A DNA stretch of 64,000 nucleotides from a virus (Duplodnaviria; Caudoviricetes), in the IMG/VR virus record IMGVR_UViG_2548876808_000001, positions 174 through 64,173 of that record; one strand, given 5' to 3'. Within the stretch, counting starts at the first letter, position 1. Every line of letters starts with the position of its first letter. The notes below the pieces were generated by a model. It was not told where the DNA came from, ran no database searches, and worked only from the letters and a program-made list of their open reading frames with translations. Below, in pieces: positions 33,843-43,148 of the stretch. The translations under genes were made by a program, and so were the position numbers.

Positions 33843-36122
33843 ATGGCCACAAATCCTAAGCCAATTATTTTTAAAGTCACTGAAGCTGGCAAGCAAGCCG
33901 CACTATCTGCCAATGCTGGCACTCCAAAGGTACAAATCAGCCTATCACAAGTTGCTATTGGTATCGGCAAGTACACGCCCACTGGTAATGAGACATCATT
34001 AAAATCTGAGATTATGAAAGGACCTATAGTATCAGGTGATATCGAACGTGCCAGCAATACACTTAGATTTAGTAGTGATATAACATCGCCCACAACAAAA
34101 TCTATTTATGAAGTGGGTTTGTTTACAGATACAGGGATTTTATTCGCGGTCGCAGCATCAGAAGATGATGCGCTATTTACTGTGCATCCTGATATTACGT
34201 TTGTCATGTCGTACGGATTATCACTTAAAGAAGTAGACGCTGAAAATATCACTGTAACCACCGATCCAAATGGTGCGTTATCTCTTGTGATTATGGAAAA
34301 CCACTTGGCCGCGCCTGATCCCCATCCGCAATACTTGAATAAAACCCGTTTTCAGATGGCTATGCAGGCCCTTTATCCGTTCGGCTACCAGCACCATACG
34401 CACATACCCGTTAATCCTAAGCCGCTATTTGACGACATTTTAGGGTTAGATACGGCGTGGAGACGTGTTACTGGCAAGATCTTTGTATCATCTGATCCAA
34501 GCGACCCATTTATTAACGACTATGGCATTGTGCTAGGTCAGCGCGGTATAACTGATCTAGCGGCAAGTGGCGCACGTCCACACGTCTACCCACTACAAAC
34601 GACACATACATTCGAGCGTTACGACCCTGAAGATAATATTGAGACGGTCTGGAAAGTGGTTGCCAATAAAACGGCCATTAACGAGGGTAGTACCGTCCGC
34701 TTTACTATAACGGCCAATAACTTGCCAGACGGTCAAATACTTAACTTGTCGGTCAAGGAAGGGGTATTAAACGCCAGTAGTAACGACATAACCACGCCCG
34801 AAAAAAGCGATAATAGTACGGTTATACTCAGAAACGGCCAAGCTGTTATCGACTTTACTACCACACCCGATGACCACGAAGAAGAAGCGCAAAAACACGT
34901 CCGTTTGATCGTTGGCGCACCCGCTAATTTGTCGCTCAATGTACCAATTACGGATGCTGGGTACAATGAGACGGTCGTTCACATAACGCAGAGCACTAAC
35001 AATGGTATTGAGCTTGATGAGTATTACAAACAACAAAGCGGATCATATCCAACGGCAACCGATAATGTCCGTTTTATTGTTGACGCTGGCGTGGACATTG
35101 TAGCGCCTAATACGACAACACCAGCCATAGTAGATGGCAGTAAATGGCCGCTAGGTTCAGAAATTATCATCGAAAACCGTGGTCGTATCTTAGGACGCGG
35201 TGGTGATGGTGGGCGTAGTGCGTATAAGCGTAAATCTTGGGGTAGTGATGGAGATATATTAAGCACAAGCAAATCGCTAATGAGAAACCCTGAGGCTGGC
35301 GGTAACGGCGGTACGTCCGTTAAAGCGCTAACAACGGCAATCGTTGTTGAGAATTACAACATAGTTGCTGCTGGTGGTGGTGGTGGTGGTGGACTTGGTG
35401 CTTACAAAACTGGCGGCTCTGCTGGTTATGTTATTGGTGGTGGTGGTACTGGTGGCGGTGCGCCATTCGGTCAAAGGTCACCCAACGAGTCAACATACAC
35501 AATGTACCTGCAAGATGACGCTGTGACGGATTTAAAATTACCTTTACCTGAAAGCGGATTTTACGCAATACTCTTTCAGCGTGTTGCGGGGTCATTGGCT
35601 AACACTTCAGGGTCAGAAGGGGACTACTACTACCCGTCTGAATATACCGCCTCAGATATAGAGGAAACACGCGCCATAAACTTAGAGTTATCAACCACAT
35701 CAACAAACTCTAGAGCTTCAACTGGTTTTTCTAAATACAGAATATTCCATTCAGCGGGTTATGCTTTAAATGGCGCGCTTCAATTAAAAATGTCTCAATC
35801 AGCAAATTTAAACAATAAAGGATTGGGCGGGGCTAACTTAGCGGCATCCGTGACGGATTCAGATTCCGCTACTAGCTCACCTTATCCAGAGGGAGACGAT
35901 GCAACATTAACCCGTGGCGGTAACGGTGGTGATTTTGGTGAGTCTGGTGAATCAGGACACTTTGACAAGCTTTATCTTTACACGGGTGATCAAGCAACAG
36001 ATGCAACCCCTGCCGATATGAATTGGTATATACCACCAGCCAGTGGCGGGTTAGCTGGGTATGCAAAAGAGGGTAACGTGACTATTACCAATTTTGGCAG
36101 TGGTACAACCAAAGGGCGCTAG
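33843..36122 (+). CDS. tail fibre with C-terminal T-even gp38-like glycine-rich adhesin
   Basis: N-terminal tail-collar-type FKVTEAGKQAAL; HLAAPDPHPQY; IIIENRGRILGRGGDGG; NIVAAGGGGGGG; GGGGTGGGAPFG. Confidence 0.8.
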   Translation: MATNPKPIIFKVTEAGKQAALSANAGTPKVQISLSQVAIGIGKYTPTGNETSLKSEIMKGPIVSGDIERASNTLRFSSDITSPTTKSIYEVGLFTDTGILFAVAASEDDALFTVHPDITFVMSYGLSLKEVDAENITVTTDPNGALSLVIMENHLAAPDPHPQYLNKTRFQMAMQALYPFGYQHHTHIPVNPKPLFDDILGLDTAWRRVTGKIFVSSDPSDPFINDYGIVLGQRGITDLAASGARPHVYPLQTTHTFERYDPEDNIETVWKVVANKTAINEGSTVRFTITANNLPDGQILNLSVKEGVLNASSNDITTPEKSDNSTVILRNGQAVIDFTTTPDDHEEEAQKHVRLIVGAPANLSLNVPITDAGYNETVVHITQSTNNGIELDEYYKQQSGSYPTATDNVRFIVDAGVDIVAPNTTTPAIVDGSKWPLGSEIIIENRGRILGRGGDGGRSAYKRKSWGSDGDILSTSKSLMRNPEAGGNGGTSVKALTTAIVVENYNIVAAGGGGGGGLGAYKTGGSAGYVIGGGGTGGGAPFGQRSPNESTYTMYLQDDAVTDLKLPLPESGFYAILFQRVAGSLANTSGSEGDYYYPSEYTASDIEETRAINLELSTTSTNSRASTGFSKYRIFHSAGYALNGALQLKMSQSANLNNKGLGGANLAASVTDSDSATSSPYPEGDDATLTRGGNGGDFGESGESGHFDKLYLYTGDQATDATPADMNWYIPPASGGLAGYAKEGNVTITNFGSGTTKGR

Positions 36123-36126
36123 CGTT

Positions 36127-36423
36127 ATGAGAAATATCTATCTAAACGCTGTTCGCACTCATGTTGACCTTCTATATCGACGAGGGCGTACAGATAAGCT
36201 GATCGTATGGGACGTGGGTACAGATGAGACGCATGACCCAACCCTTATCGCATACCGTGTATATGGCAACCGTGACGACGCAGATGTTGTCATGGTTTGC
36301 GCTGGCACCAATCGTATTGGCGAGGCATTACCAAATCGCCGTATATACTTGCCGATGCTGGCAAGCTTAACTGAGCTTAAGCGATCACATATCGTAAAGG
36401 AGTCAGCAAATGCCCTTCAGTGA
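36127..36423 (+). CDS. small baseplate protein (tail X / gp53-like)
   Basis: DPTLIAYRVYGNRDDADVVMVCAG pattern. Confidence 0.55.
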   Translation: MRNIYLNAVRTHVDLLYRRGRTDKLIVWDVGTDETHDPTLIAYRVYGNRDDADVVMVCAGTNRIGEALPNRRIYLPMLASLTELKRSHIVKESANALQ

Positions 36424-37606
36424 TATGGAAGACTTCTTAAGCCCGGATCGTGAAGACAGTACAAGTTATCAAGATCGCAAGCTTAACAGTATGACACTTG
36501 AAGAACTTAGGCAGTGGCGAACGCAAACTGGTAAGACCGTTGGCCAACAGCGTAAGCATGCCAGCCGTCACAATCAATATCTTAAAGATGCGATGGCTGA
36601 CATCAAGCATGGCGAACGTCTGACAACGAAAAAGCTAGAATCACTTGTTAAGAGCGCCAAAAGTAAGGCCGGCATTAGTGCTGGCGAGTTGCTTGAATTT
36701 ACCCTTGGCGATACGAAGCGCAACCGCGAGCTGAAAAAGACGCTCAATGCTGCGGTGTTAGAAGCGTACCTGGCGAACGTCAAAGCAGCTTCAAACAAAT
36801 TCTTGGGCGGTATTACGCCTCAACAGGTAATTAACCAGTCACGTATAGAAGACATCAAACGCGCTAATACCCAAATCCATCTTGCCAGCGTCTTCAAGCG
36901 CAAAGGCAATGTGATCAGTTTTTTCACGAACGCCGGTATCGGTAGTAAAGACACTCATCATTATGTGACGGTACAGCTGCTTGATTACCCTAATCTATTG
37001 CTGAGTCGGACTAAAGCGCCAAGCATAGTTGACGTAAGAAAAGCCGTCATTGATGGCAAGGTCAGGTTTGATTGTGACTGCGGTCGCCATCAGTATTGGT
37101 ATCGTTATGTTGCCACAGTAGGCAAGTATAATTACGGCCTCGATGAAAACCGCTATCCTTCAACTCGCAACCCTAAATTAACTGGTGTGGCTTGTAAGCA
37201 TGCACTACGCGTCATGAAGTACGTCACAAGTGCGCATATGATTTCTAAGATACAAGGTTATGCACGGGACGATATTGCCAAAGCCAGCAATCAGGTTAAG
37301 CCTCATCGTCGCACCGGTACCGAGTTAGAGCGTGAGGCGATGAAGCAGACTCAAGCACTGAATAATTGGAACGGTCGTTTGCATTGGAGCAAGCGAATCG
37401 AACAAGCGGCAACAGATGCTCAAAAGCAAATCAAGGCAGAACAAAAGGCGGCTCAAGCTCGCCAGCCTAATCAACCGACGCAGGCAGAACGTAGTAGTTA
37501 CCAGTACGCTAAAAAGCAAATTACCAGGCAAGGCGTGCCTGACAACTTCAAAGCCATCTATCAGTCTGAAATTAAAAACTATCAAGCAAAATGGGGCAAG
37601 CAATGA
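36410..37606 (+). CDS. P1-like morphogenetic protein with SWIM-type Zn motif (PmgS-like)
   Basis: FDCDCGRHQYWYRY...VACKHAL. Confidence 0.6.
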   Translation: MPFSDMEDFLSPDREDSTSYQDRKLNSMTLEELRQWRTQTGKTVGQQRKHASRHNQYLKDAMADIKHGERLTTKKLESLVKSAKSKAGISAGELLEFTLGDTKRNRELKKTLNAAVLEAYLANVKAASNKFLGGITPQQVINQSRIEDIKRANTQIHLASVFKRKGNVISFFTNAGIGSKDTHHYVTVQLLDYPNLLLSRTKAPSIVDVRKAVIDGKVRFDCDCGRHQYWYRYVATVGKYNYGLDENRYPSTRNPKLTGVACKHALRVMKYVTSAHMISKIQGYARDDIAKASNQVKPHRRTGTELEREAMKQTQALNNWNGRLHWSKRIEQAATDAQKQIKAEQKAAQARQPNQPTQAERSSYQYAKKQITRQGVPDNFKAIYQSEIKNYQAKWGKQ

Positions 37607-38169
37607 GCTTACGTATTGAAAATAAGTTGGTTGCGAGTGGCCAACGTCTGACAAATAGAATTATCACGTTACGCAGTCAGTCTGTGATTCCAGCTTTTGT
37701 GTTTCGCCGCGTCGTTAAGCCTGTGACAAATAGCGATAATGAGCGCAAATTTGATACGTGGGCAGGACTTGGCGTAGTCAGTAGCAGCGAGGATCATGCT
37801 ATCGATTACGAACAATTAGGTCATGCCATGGTTTTGATGCTTGATATGCTTGGCGGCGCATCTCATGACACTGGCATGTTCATTTTGCCTGAAGAGATGT
37901 CATCAATGGCATTGATTGAGCCCTATGATATTGAGCTTCAAGGTGATGATCGTTTGAAAAATGCGCCTGATTGGGAGCCAAAGAAAGGGGACCTCTTTTG
38001 CTTACTGCTCAATGAACACAAAGAGTATCATGAGTGTACTGGTGTTATGGGTTTATCAATGATGGCAAATCACGGTAAGCGTTACGCATTAGCGCAACGT
38101 TTTGACCTCAATTATCTAGATGCGTTCAGAGAAGAAGATATAGACGATGTGGCAGTACCTTATGAGTAA
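37603..38169 (+). CDS. virion morphogenesis protein, possible head-tail joining protein
   Basis: ATGA-coupled ORF in the late operon. Confidence 0.55.
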   Translation: MSLRIENKLVASGQRLTNRIITLRSQSVIPAFVFRRVVKPVTNSDNERKFDTWAGLGVVSSSEDHAIDYEQLGHAMVLMLDMLGGASHDTGMFILPEEMSSMALIEPYDIELQGDDRLKNAPDWEPKKGDLFCLLLNEHKEYHECTGVMGLSMMANHGKRYALAQRFDLNYLDAFREEDIDDVAVPYE

Positions 38170-38199
38170 TCAACGAATTAAACTTATCGATTTAAAAAG

Positions 38200-38226
38200 A
38201 AAAGCCGCTAACTAAGCGGCTTTTTT
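38200..38226 (+). terminator. intrinsic terminator
   Basis: AAAAGCCGCT-AACT-AAGCGGCTTTT-TT directly upstream of late promoter 4. Confidence 0.8.
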
Positions 38227-38232
38227 ACGTTT

Positions 38233-38272
38233 GGAACACCCCTAAATCGCTTATCCGAAAGGCTATTAACAT
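38233..38272 (+). promoter_or_regulatory. late promoter motif 4 (major capsid)
   Basis: GGAACA-N28-TAACAT. Confidence 0.78.
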
Positions 38273-38331
38273 TAATCCTATCAATTTAGATGTTTTACAT
38301 ATCCAACCCGGACCACATAGGATTAATACCC

Positions 38332-40140
38332 ATGGATAAGAAGCAAGCAGCAATTTTAAACAAGGCCGCGCAGAAAGAAGTACAGGCAACACGCCGTGTC
38401 ATGCGCTTTTTAGAAGACAAAAACACCGCTGGTAATGAAGAAGTGGCGTTTGACTCTATGCTGGCAAGCAACAAAGGTGGCCGTGAAGCGGCGATGGCTG
38501 ACTTGCCAGTTTCAATGCAGCGCATGCTATCTAGCCCATATATGGCAGAAGACAAGCAGGCTATTTTCGATGGTTTAGCTGATGGTATCGCGGAGTATCA
38601 ACGCCGTAATGGCGGTGAAATGCCTGATGAGTACGCTGTTGCTGCTGCACTAACTACTGCAGCATGTATGTTCGGTCTTGAAAAGCAAGATCCTAACGAA
38701 CGTACTTTTGACAGCCTAACGTTAGGACATCACGAAGCATTAAGTATCGTGCCTGCAGCCACGTCAGTTGTGATTGCGATAGGTATTTCAAATTCATTGC
38801 CAATCGTAACGATGTTGCCCAACCCAACCGGTAGTAATGAGCTTCCCTTGGTATATGGCAATGCTGTTGCTGGGATTGACATGGGCGTTATGCGTCGTGG
38901 CGATTTAATGGATGGTCCAAAATCGGGCATGCCTTATCTTGAGAACATTCATACAGTCACAATGGACGACGATGACGAAGGTGAGTTTAGTGTCGTGTCT
39001 CATGTTGCTTATACGGCAGAAACCCGCGATAACAATACGACTAAATTTATTGTTGATGATAAATCTTCATTAGCGCCGTTTCTAGGCGGGCGCGTTACGG
39101 TATTTGTCAAAGGTATTGCGATCGCTGAAGATAAAAGTCGCAATCATCCAACAACTGAAGGCGCAAGCCCATTAGTACAAATTGAACCAGTTAAAATTGG
39201 TGATAAAAATTACATCTTCACATCTGGTATAGCCGATCTTGATACTCATAAGATTACCGCTAAGTTTGACGGTACTAATGGTGATTTGCCTGAAGCGGAC
39301 GATGTAACGGTTGAGTTGATTTTTGATTACGAACGCAAAGACAGAAACGGCAATAAAATCTTGCGTGAACCGTCAACTGACATGAAGTTTTTACACCGTT
39401 CTATCTTTGCTCATCCAAGCCGCTCACGCTCTACTGCCACGATTGATGCAATAACTCAGTTGGCTAACGAATTAGGTATTAACTGGTTCGGAGCAGCACA
39501 AACGATTGTTACGCAACGTTACTATTTCGAACAACATGGACGCTTGTTACGCACCGCTGTCAACATGTGTCTCTCTAACCAAGATCCTAAAACGGGTCGC
39601 GTAATGACGTTTGATTTTGCGAAAACTGGCGTGGTACATAATAGCTTGTCGACAGCATTGTCTAATTTGCGTATGACGCTAAGTAAAGGTCGTACGCGTC
39701 TGTCTCGAGTAATCAATATGCCAGTCGCAGGCTATGATGTTTGGGTATCAGACAATGGCGCCGCGGTCTTTACTGGTATGGATGAAAAGTATTTTGAACC
39801 GACTGACTTGCCGTACGGTGACCAAACTAGCGTTTATCGTATTGGCCGTTTGAAGAGTAGTGGTGCTAACGTTTATTACGTACCCGAATCGATGGGTGTG
39901 TTTAACGAAAAAGATGACGGTACTACTGCACAGGCATTAATGTCACCGCGTACTCTCCAGCGTGCTAAAGCTCCGTTTGTAGGACTTATTGCAGTACCAC
40001 CAATGGTCTTAACATCAAACGCTGATGCGTTTGAGCAAGATGTTGCTACTTATACTCGTCAAGGCGCTCAAGTTAACCCGATTCCACGTTTTGCGAATCA
40101 ATTTATCTTAGTCGAAATGCTCAATATCCCGCAAATGTAA
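38332..40140 (+). CDS. major capsid protein, P1 gp23-like
   Basis: 602 aa from ATG 38332; size, own promoter and terminator, and position among P1-like genes. Confidence 0.75.
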   Translation: MDKKQAAILNKAAQKEVQATRRVMRFLEDKNTAGNEEVAFDSMLASNKGGREAAMADLPVSMQRMLSSPYMAEDKQAIFDGLADGIAEYQRRNGGEMPDEYAVAAALTTAACMFGLEKQDPNERTFDSLTLGHHEALSIVPAATSVVIAIGISNSLPIVTMLPNPTGSNELPLVYGNAVAGIDMGVMRRGDLMDGPKSGMPYLENIHTVTMDDDDEGEFSVVSHVAYTAETRDNNTTKFIVDDKSSLAPFLGGRVTVFVKGIAIAEDKSRNHPTTEGASPLVQIEPVKIGDKNYIFTSGIADLDTHKITAKFDGTNGDLPEADDVTVELIFDYERKDRNGNKILREPSTDMKFLHRSIFAHPSRSRSTATIDAITQLANELGINWFGAAQTIVTQRYYFEQHGRLLRTAVNMCLSNQDPKTGRVMTFDFAKTGVVHNSLSTALSNLRMTLSKGRTRLSRVINMPVAGYDVWVSDNGAAVFTGMDEKYFEPTDLPYGDQTSVYRIGRLKSSGANVYYVPESMGVFNEKDDGTTAQALMSPRTLQRAKAPFVGLIAVPPMVLTSNADAFEQDVATYTRQGAQVNPIPRFANQFILVEMLNIPQM

Positions 40141-40169
40141 GCGGTAAAACCGTAAATAGTTAGCCACCT

Positions 40170-40205
40170 AAACCTTGTTGTCAGTCGTGGCAGCAAGGTT
40201 TTTTT
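40170..40205 (+). terminator. intrinsic terminator after the capsid gene
   Basis: AAACCTTGTTGTCA-GTCG-TGGCAGCAAGGTTT followed by a T run. Confidence 0.7.
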
Positions 40206-40233
40206 AACAAATACAATATTCTAAGGATTGATT

Positions 40234-41052
40234 ATGACCGATATCAAAGTGTTACCAGGTAATTTGAAAGAAATTGAAAAAAAACCTCGTTTTGTACAGT
40301 TTTATAAGAGCCATAATGTAGAGGCGTTACAAGAAATACTGGTTGACCTTGAAGTCAATTACCGTAGCGATGACAACAAAGCCGCGCTGGTTTGGCGTGT
40401 CATGAATGCTAAGGGAATGGATTTTGATGACGCAGCCAATGACCGCATTGATGAGCAAGATGATTCAACGGTAGAAGACGAACTAAACACTGGTGAAAAC
40501 TTAGAAACAGCTGAGGCAAATACTGATGAAAATGTACAGACGGTTCAAGATGATACTAGCGATGAGCATGATGCGCCTAGCGAGCAGCCGAATGTCGAAG
40601 TTGGTACCGACGCCGATAAAACAGGCTCAGATAGTATCGAAAAGTCTGACGAAGTGGTTGACGTTGCCGACCATGATGCGCCGTCGAATATTAGTGACAG
40701 CAATGACGATCGCGCAGACGAAGCTGACAAGCCAGCAGAAACGGCAGGTCAGCTACCCGCCGATGATTCAGCACCCATTGACGAAACGCCACCTGAAAAA
40801 GTTTTAGAGCAAAACAATACGCCACGTGAGTCATTTCAAGAGATGGTAGAGCGCATGCGAGCGTCAGCGCCACACATTAGCGTCAAAAACACTGGTGATT
40901 TTGATATTTATGAACCTGCCAGCTGCACCCTTATTAAAGCTGGTCGTATCACAGATATATACATAAAGCCGAATACTGACAAGGATAAAATTGTTCGAAA
41001 TATTGAGCAGCTTAATAGTACGCGTGGCAAGAAATTGCATATCACTAATTAA
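40234..41052 (+). CDS. acidic low-complexity virion protein with HeH/LEM-like N-terminus
   Basis: EALQEILVDLEVNYRSDDNKAALV followed by a long D/E-rich linker. Confidence 0.6.
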   Translation: MTDIKVLPGNLKEIEKKPRFVQFYKSHNVEALQEILVDLEVNYRSDDNKAALVWRVMNAKGMDFDDAANDRIDEQDDSTVEDELNTGENLETAEANTDENVQTVQDDTSDEHDAPSEQPNVEVGTDADKTGSDSIEKSDEVVDVADHDAPSNISDSNDDRADEADKPAETAGQLPADDSAPIDETPPEKVLEQNNTPRESFQEMVERMRASAPHISVKNTGDFDIYEPASCTLIKAGRITDIYIKPNTDKDKIVRNIEQLNSTRGKKLHITN

Positions 41053-41128
41053 TGATTCTTATTAGCCTAATAGTGATCACGGCTGGCTTGTGATCACTTT
41101 CCAACAATAATCAGAGTAGGATTAAGTC

Positions 41129-41479
41129 ATGATTGAGAGCAAAATTTTAGGCAGTGCGCCTGGCATACAGCGCCAAGATGTAATCGATAAATCAGAGACG
41201 ACCGTTTTACCATCACTTACCAATGGTGTAATAACGGGTCGTTTTAAGCGCGGTCGCATGGACAGGCCGTTCAAAGTGACAGCGAAGAATTATAAGGCGC
41301 TATTAGGTCACGATCCTTCTAATCCGAGTTACTTAGCTGTTGAGGATGCGTTTAGACGTGGTATTAGCGAAGTAAGTATCTTGCGTACTGGCGGTGGTAA
41401 ATTTGTCACGCCAATGTCAGAAATCAGCTACCTAAACATGAATATGCCACCAGAGATCCTATCGACAGTAGCGGAGTAA
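41129..41479 (+). CDS. small protein resembling a tail-sheath N-terminal domain
   Basis: PGIQRQDVIDKS...GVITGRFKRGRMDRPFKVTAKNYKALLG. Confidence 0.5.
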   Translation: MIESKILGSAPGIQRQDVIDKSETTVLPSLTNGVITGRFKRGRMDRPFKVTAKNYKALLGHDPSNPSYLAVEDAFRRGISEVSILRTGGGKFVTPMSEISYLNMNMPPEILSTVAE

Positions 41480-41482
41480 ACC

Positions 41483-42265
41483 ATGTTCACGTCAGCAATG
41501 CTTCAAATGGAATTAAACGATGGTAGCGGCGCATTCATCCATCATTTCTCGCAAGATATACTTTTGCCATTATTACCAAATAATGCCGTCATTAATGAGA
41601 GCGACATTGTGGTAGCCATTCTTTTTTATGAATTTTTTATGTCAAATCCCGTCAATGGTAGTCTGGGGGATTACACATATTTAGATGGCGCTATGAGACT
41701 AAAATCATTGACACGCTCAATAAGCAACACCTCACAAGTAGAGCCTTACAGCTCAGTGGTTATGGGCGATTATCAAAGCTCAACTACTAATATTGGACAT
41801 AGTGACACGGTGAGTATGGTGTGTTTTAGTGAAAGCACACTAAAGAAAAGCTTTATTGAAAGCTTACGAGGCGCTGGCCTATCAGGTGATCAGGTAGCGC
41901 AATTAGAGGCAATGAACCTACAAGAAATACCCAGCGTTTTAGAGGGTTTTGGTATTGGTTTAGTGGCAATGCCTCAATTTATCAAAAATCCCAAACTAAC
42001 GATTACCAGAGTAAAGCCCGATGACTTTACGGCGGTGTCTAGTGAGTATGGGGATGGCTCATCATTTTTCGATGCGTTTGATCTGGTCAAAGAGCGAGTG
42101 ACACGCCAAGAGTCGTCTTTAAACAGCACTGGTTACGCGCCAGCCGTTTACACCGACAATGGCGGTGACGGGTCTAATGACACTATCGTCTTTAATGGCG
42201 GGTATGCAATGGCATTTAGATACCCAAGTCCGACACCCATGCCAGACCTACCGACAATAAGTTAA
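41483..42265 (+). CDS. hypothetical virion-associated protein, paralogue A
   Basis: 260 aa; shares DGSG.F.H.FS, HS.TVS..CF.E, PKLTI.R and an identical C-terminal block with 42280..43056. Confidence 0.75.
   Translation: MFTSAMLQMELNDGSGAFIHHFSQDILLPLLPNNAVINESDIVVAILFYEFFMSNPVNGSLGDYTYLDGAMRLKSLTRSISNTSQVEPYSSVVMGDYQSSTTNIGHSDTVSMVCFSESTLKKSFIESLRGAGLSGDQVAQLEAMNLQEIPSVLEGFGIGLVAMPQFIKNPKLTITRVKPDDFTAVSSEYGDGSSFFDAFDLVKERVTRQESSLNSTGYAPAVYTDNGGDGSNDTIVFNGGYAMAFRYPSPTPMPDLPTIS
42063..42186 (+). repeat. 124-bp perfect direct repeat, copy 1
   Basis: Identical to 42881-43004 (CATTTTTCGATGCG...TAATGACACTAT). Confidence 0.95.
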
Positions 42266-42279
42266 TTAAGGATAGTTTT

Positions 42280-43056
42280 ATGGATATGTCACCAGTATTA
42301 AAAACAAGCGTTAGCGATGGTAGCGGCGTGTTTTTTCATGCTTTTTCGGAGAGCGTATACGAGCCGTATATACCCAGCCCGTCGAAGCCTGTAGATTTAG
42401 ATGATTACGTTGTTAGTGTGCTTTTGTCTCGATTTTTTGCAGCAGAGAACCCCTATGCCGCACTGAATAACGGAAAGCCTTTTATTCGCAGCATCCCGTT
42501 ATCAAACGTTGTGGAAATTGACAGCGCTGGACAGTTAGCAATAGGAGCAGTCATAAGCTCAATTACAGATCCTAGTCATAGCAATACGGTTAGTTTGGCG
42601 TGTTTCGATGAAGTTTTATTAAGACGTTTCATTGTGAATGGTTTTTCGGGGAGTGGCGGTGGCGTCCCAGACCAACAGGCATTAACCCTTATGGACTTAA
42701 TAAGAGACACACCCATTGATCAGTTAGATCGCGTTTTGAGTGAGGCGTTGACTGCTTCAAGCGGGGGTAATGCAGAATTTGAGCTAAAAATACTCAAAGA
42801 TCCTAAACTGACTATTAGCCGCCTTACTCAATCAGATTTTAGCGCGGTTCGAAACCAATGGTTCGGTACACCAGAAATGCCATTTTTCGATGCGTTTGAT
42901 CTGGTCAAAGAGCGAGTGACACGCCAAGAGTCGTCTTTAAACAGCACTGGTTACGCGCCAGCCGTTTACACCGACAATGGCGGTGACGGGTCTAATGACA
43001 CTATAGTCTTTAAGGCGGGTTACGGCATGACGCAAAAAATAACAAGCTTAACTTAA
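42280..43056 (+). CDS. hypothetical virion-associated protein, paralogue B
   Basis: 258 aa; see paralogue A. Confidence 0.75.
   Translation: MDMSPVLKTSVSDGSGVFFHAFSESVYEPYIPSPSKPVDLDDYVVSVLLSRFFAAENPYAALNNGKPFIRSIPLSNVVEIDSAGQLAIGAVISSITDPSHSNTVSLACFDEVLLRRFIVNGFSGSGGGVPDQQALTLMDLIRDTPIDQLDRVLSEALTASSGGNAEFELKILKDPKLTISRLTQSDFSAVRNQWFGTPEMPFFDAFDLVKERVTRQESSLNSTGYAPAVYTDNGGDGSNDTIVFKAGYGMTQKITSLT
42881..43004 (+). repeat. 124-bp perfect direct repeat, copy 2
   Basis: Identical to 42063-42186. Confidence 0.95.
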
Positions 43057-43075
43057 AAGCAGCTAAACAAGCTAT

Positions 43076-43115
43076 GGAACACCCCTAAACGTCTCAATCA
43101 AACCTTGCCTATACT
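43076..43115 (+). promoter_or_regulatory. late promoter motif 5 (sheath)
   Basis: GGAACA-N28-TATACT. Confidence 0.8.
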
Positions 43116-43148
43116 GATGAAATACCAACACAGTATAGGCATTTTATT

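Noticed and set aside
35373-35393. Phase-variable simple repeat (GGT)n in the fibre gene
   Set aside because: In-frame trinucleotide run encoding the polyglycine motif; slippage would not switch expression
33843-36423. Invertible tail-fibre segment (cin/cix, gin/gix)
   Set aside because: No serine invertase, no inverted duplicate fibre segment and no flanking inverted crossover sites were seen
42063-43004. Diversity-generating retroelement (TR/VR pair)
   Set aside because: The two copies are identical over 124 bp with no adenine-specific mismatches, both lie inside ORFs, and no reverse transcriptase or Avd gene is in the window
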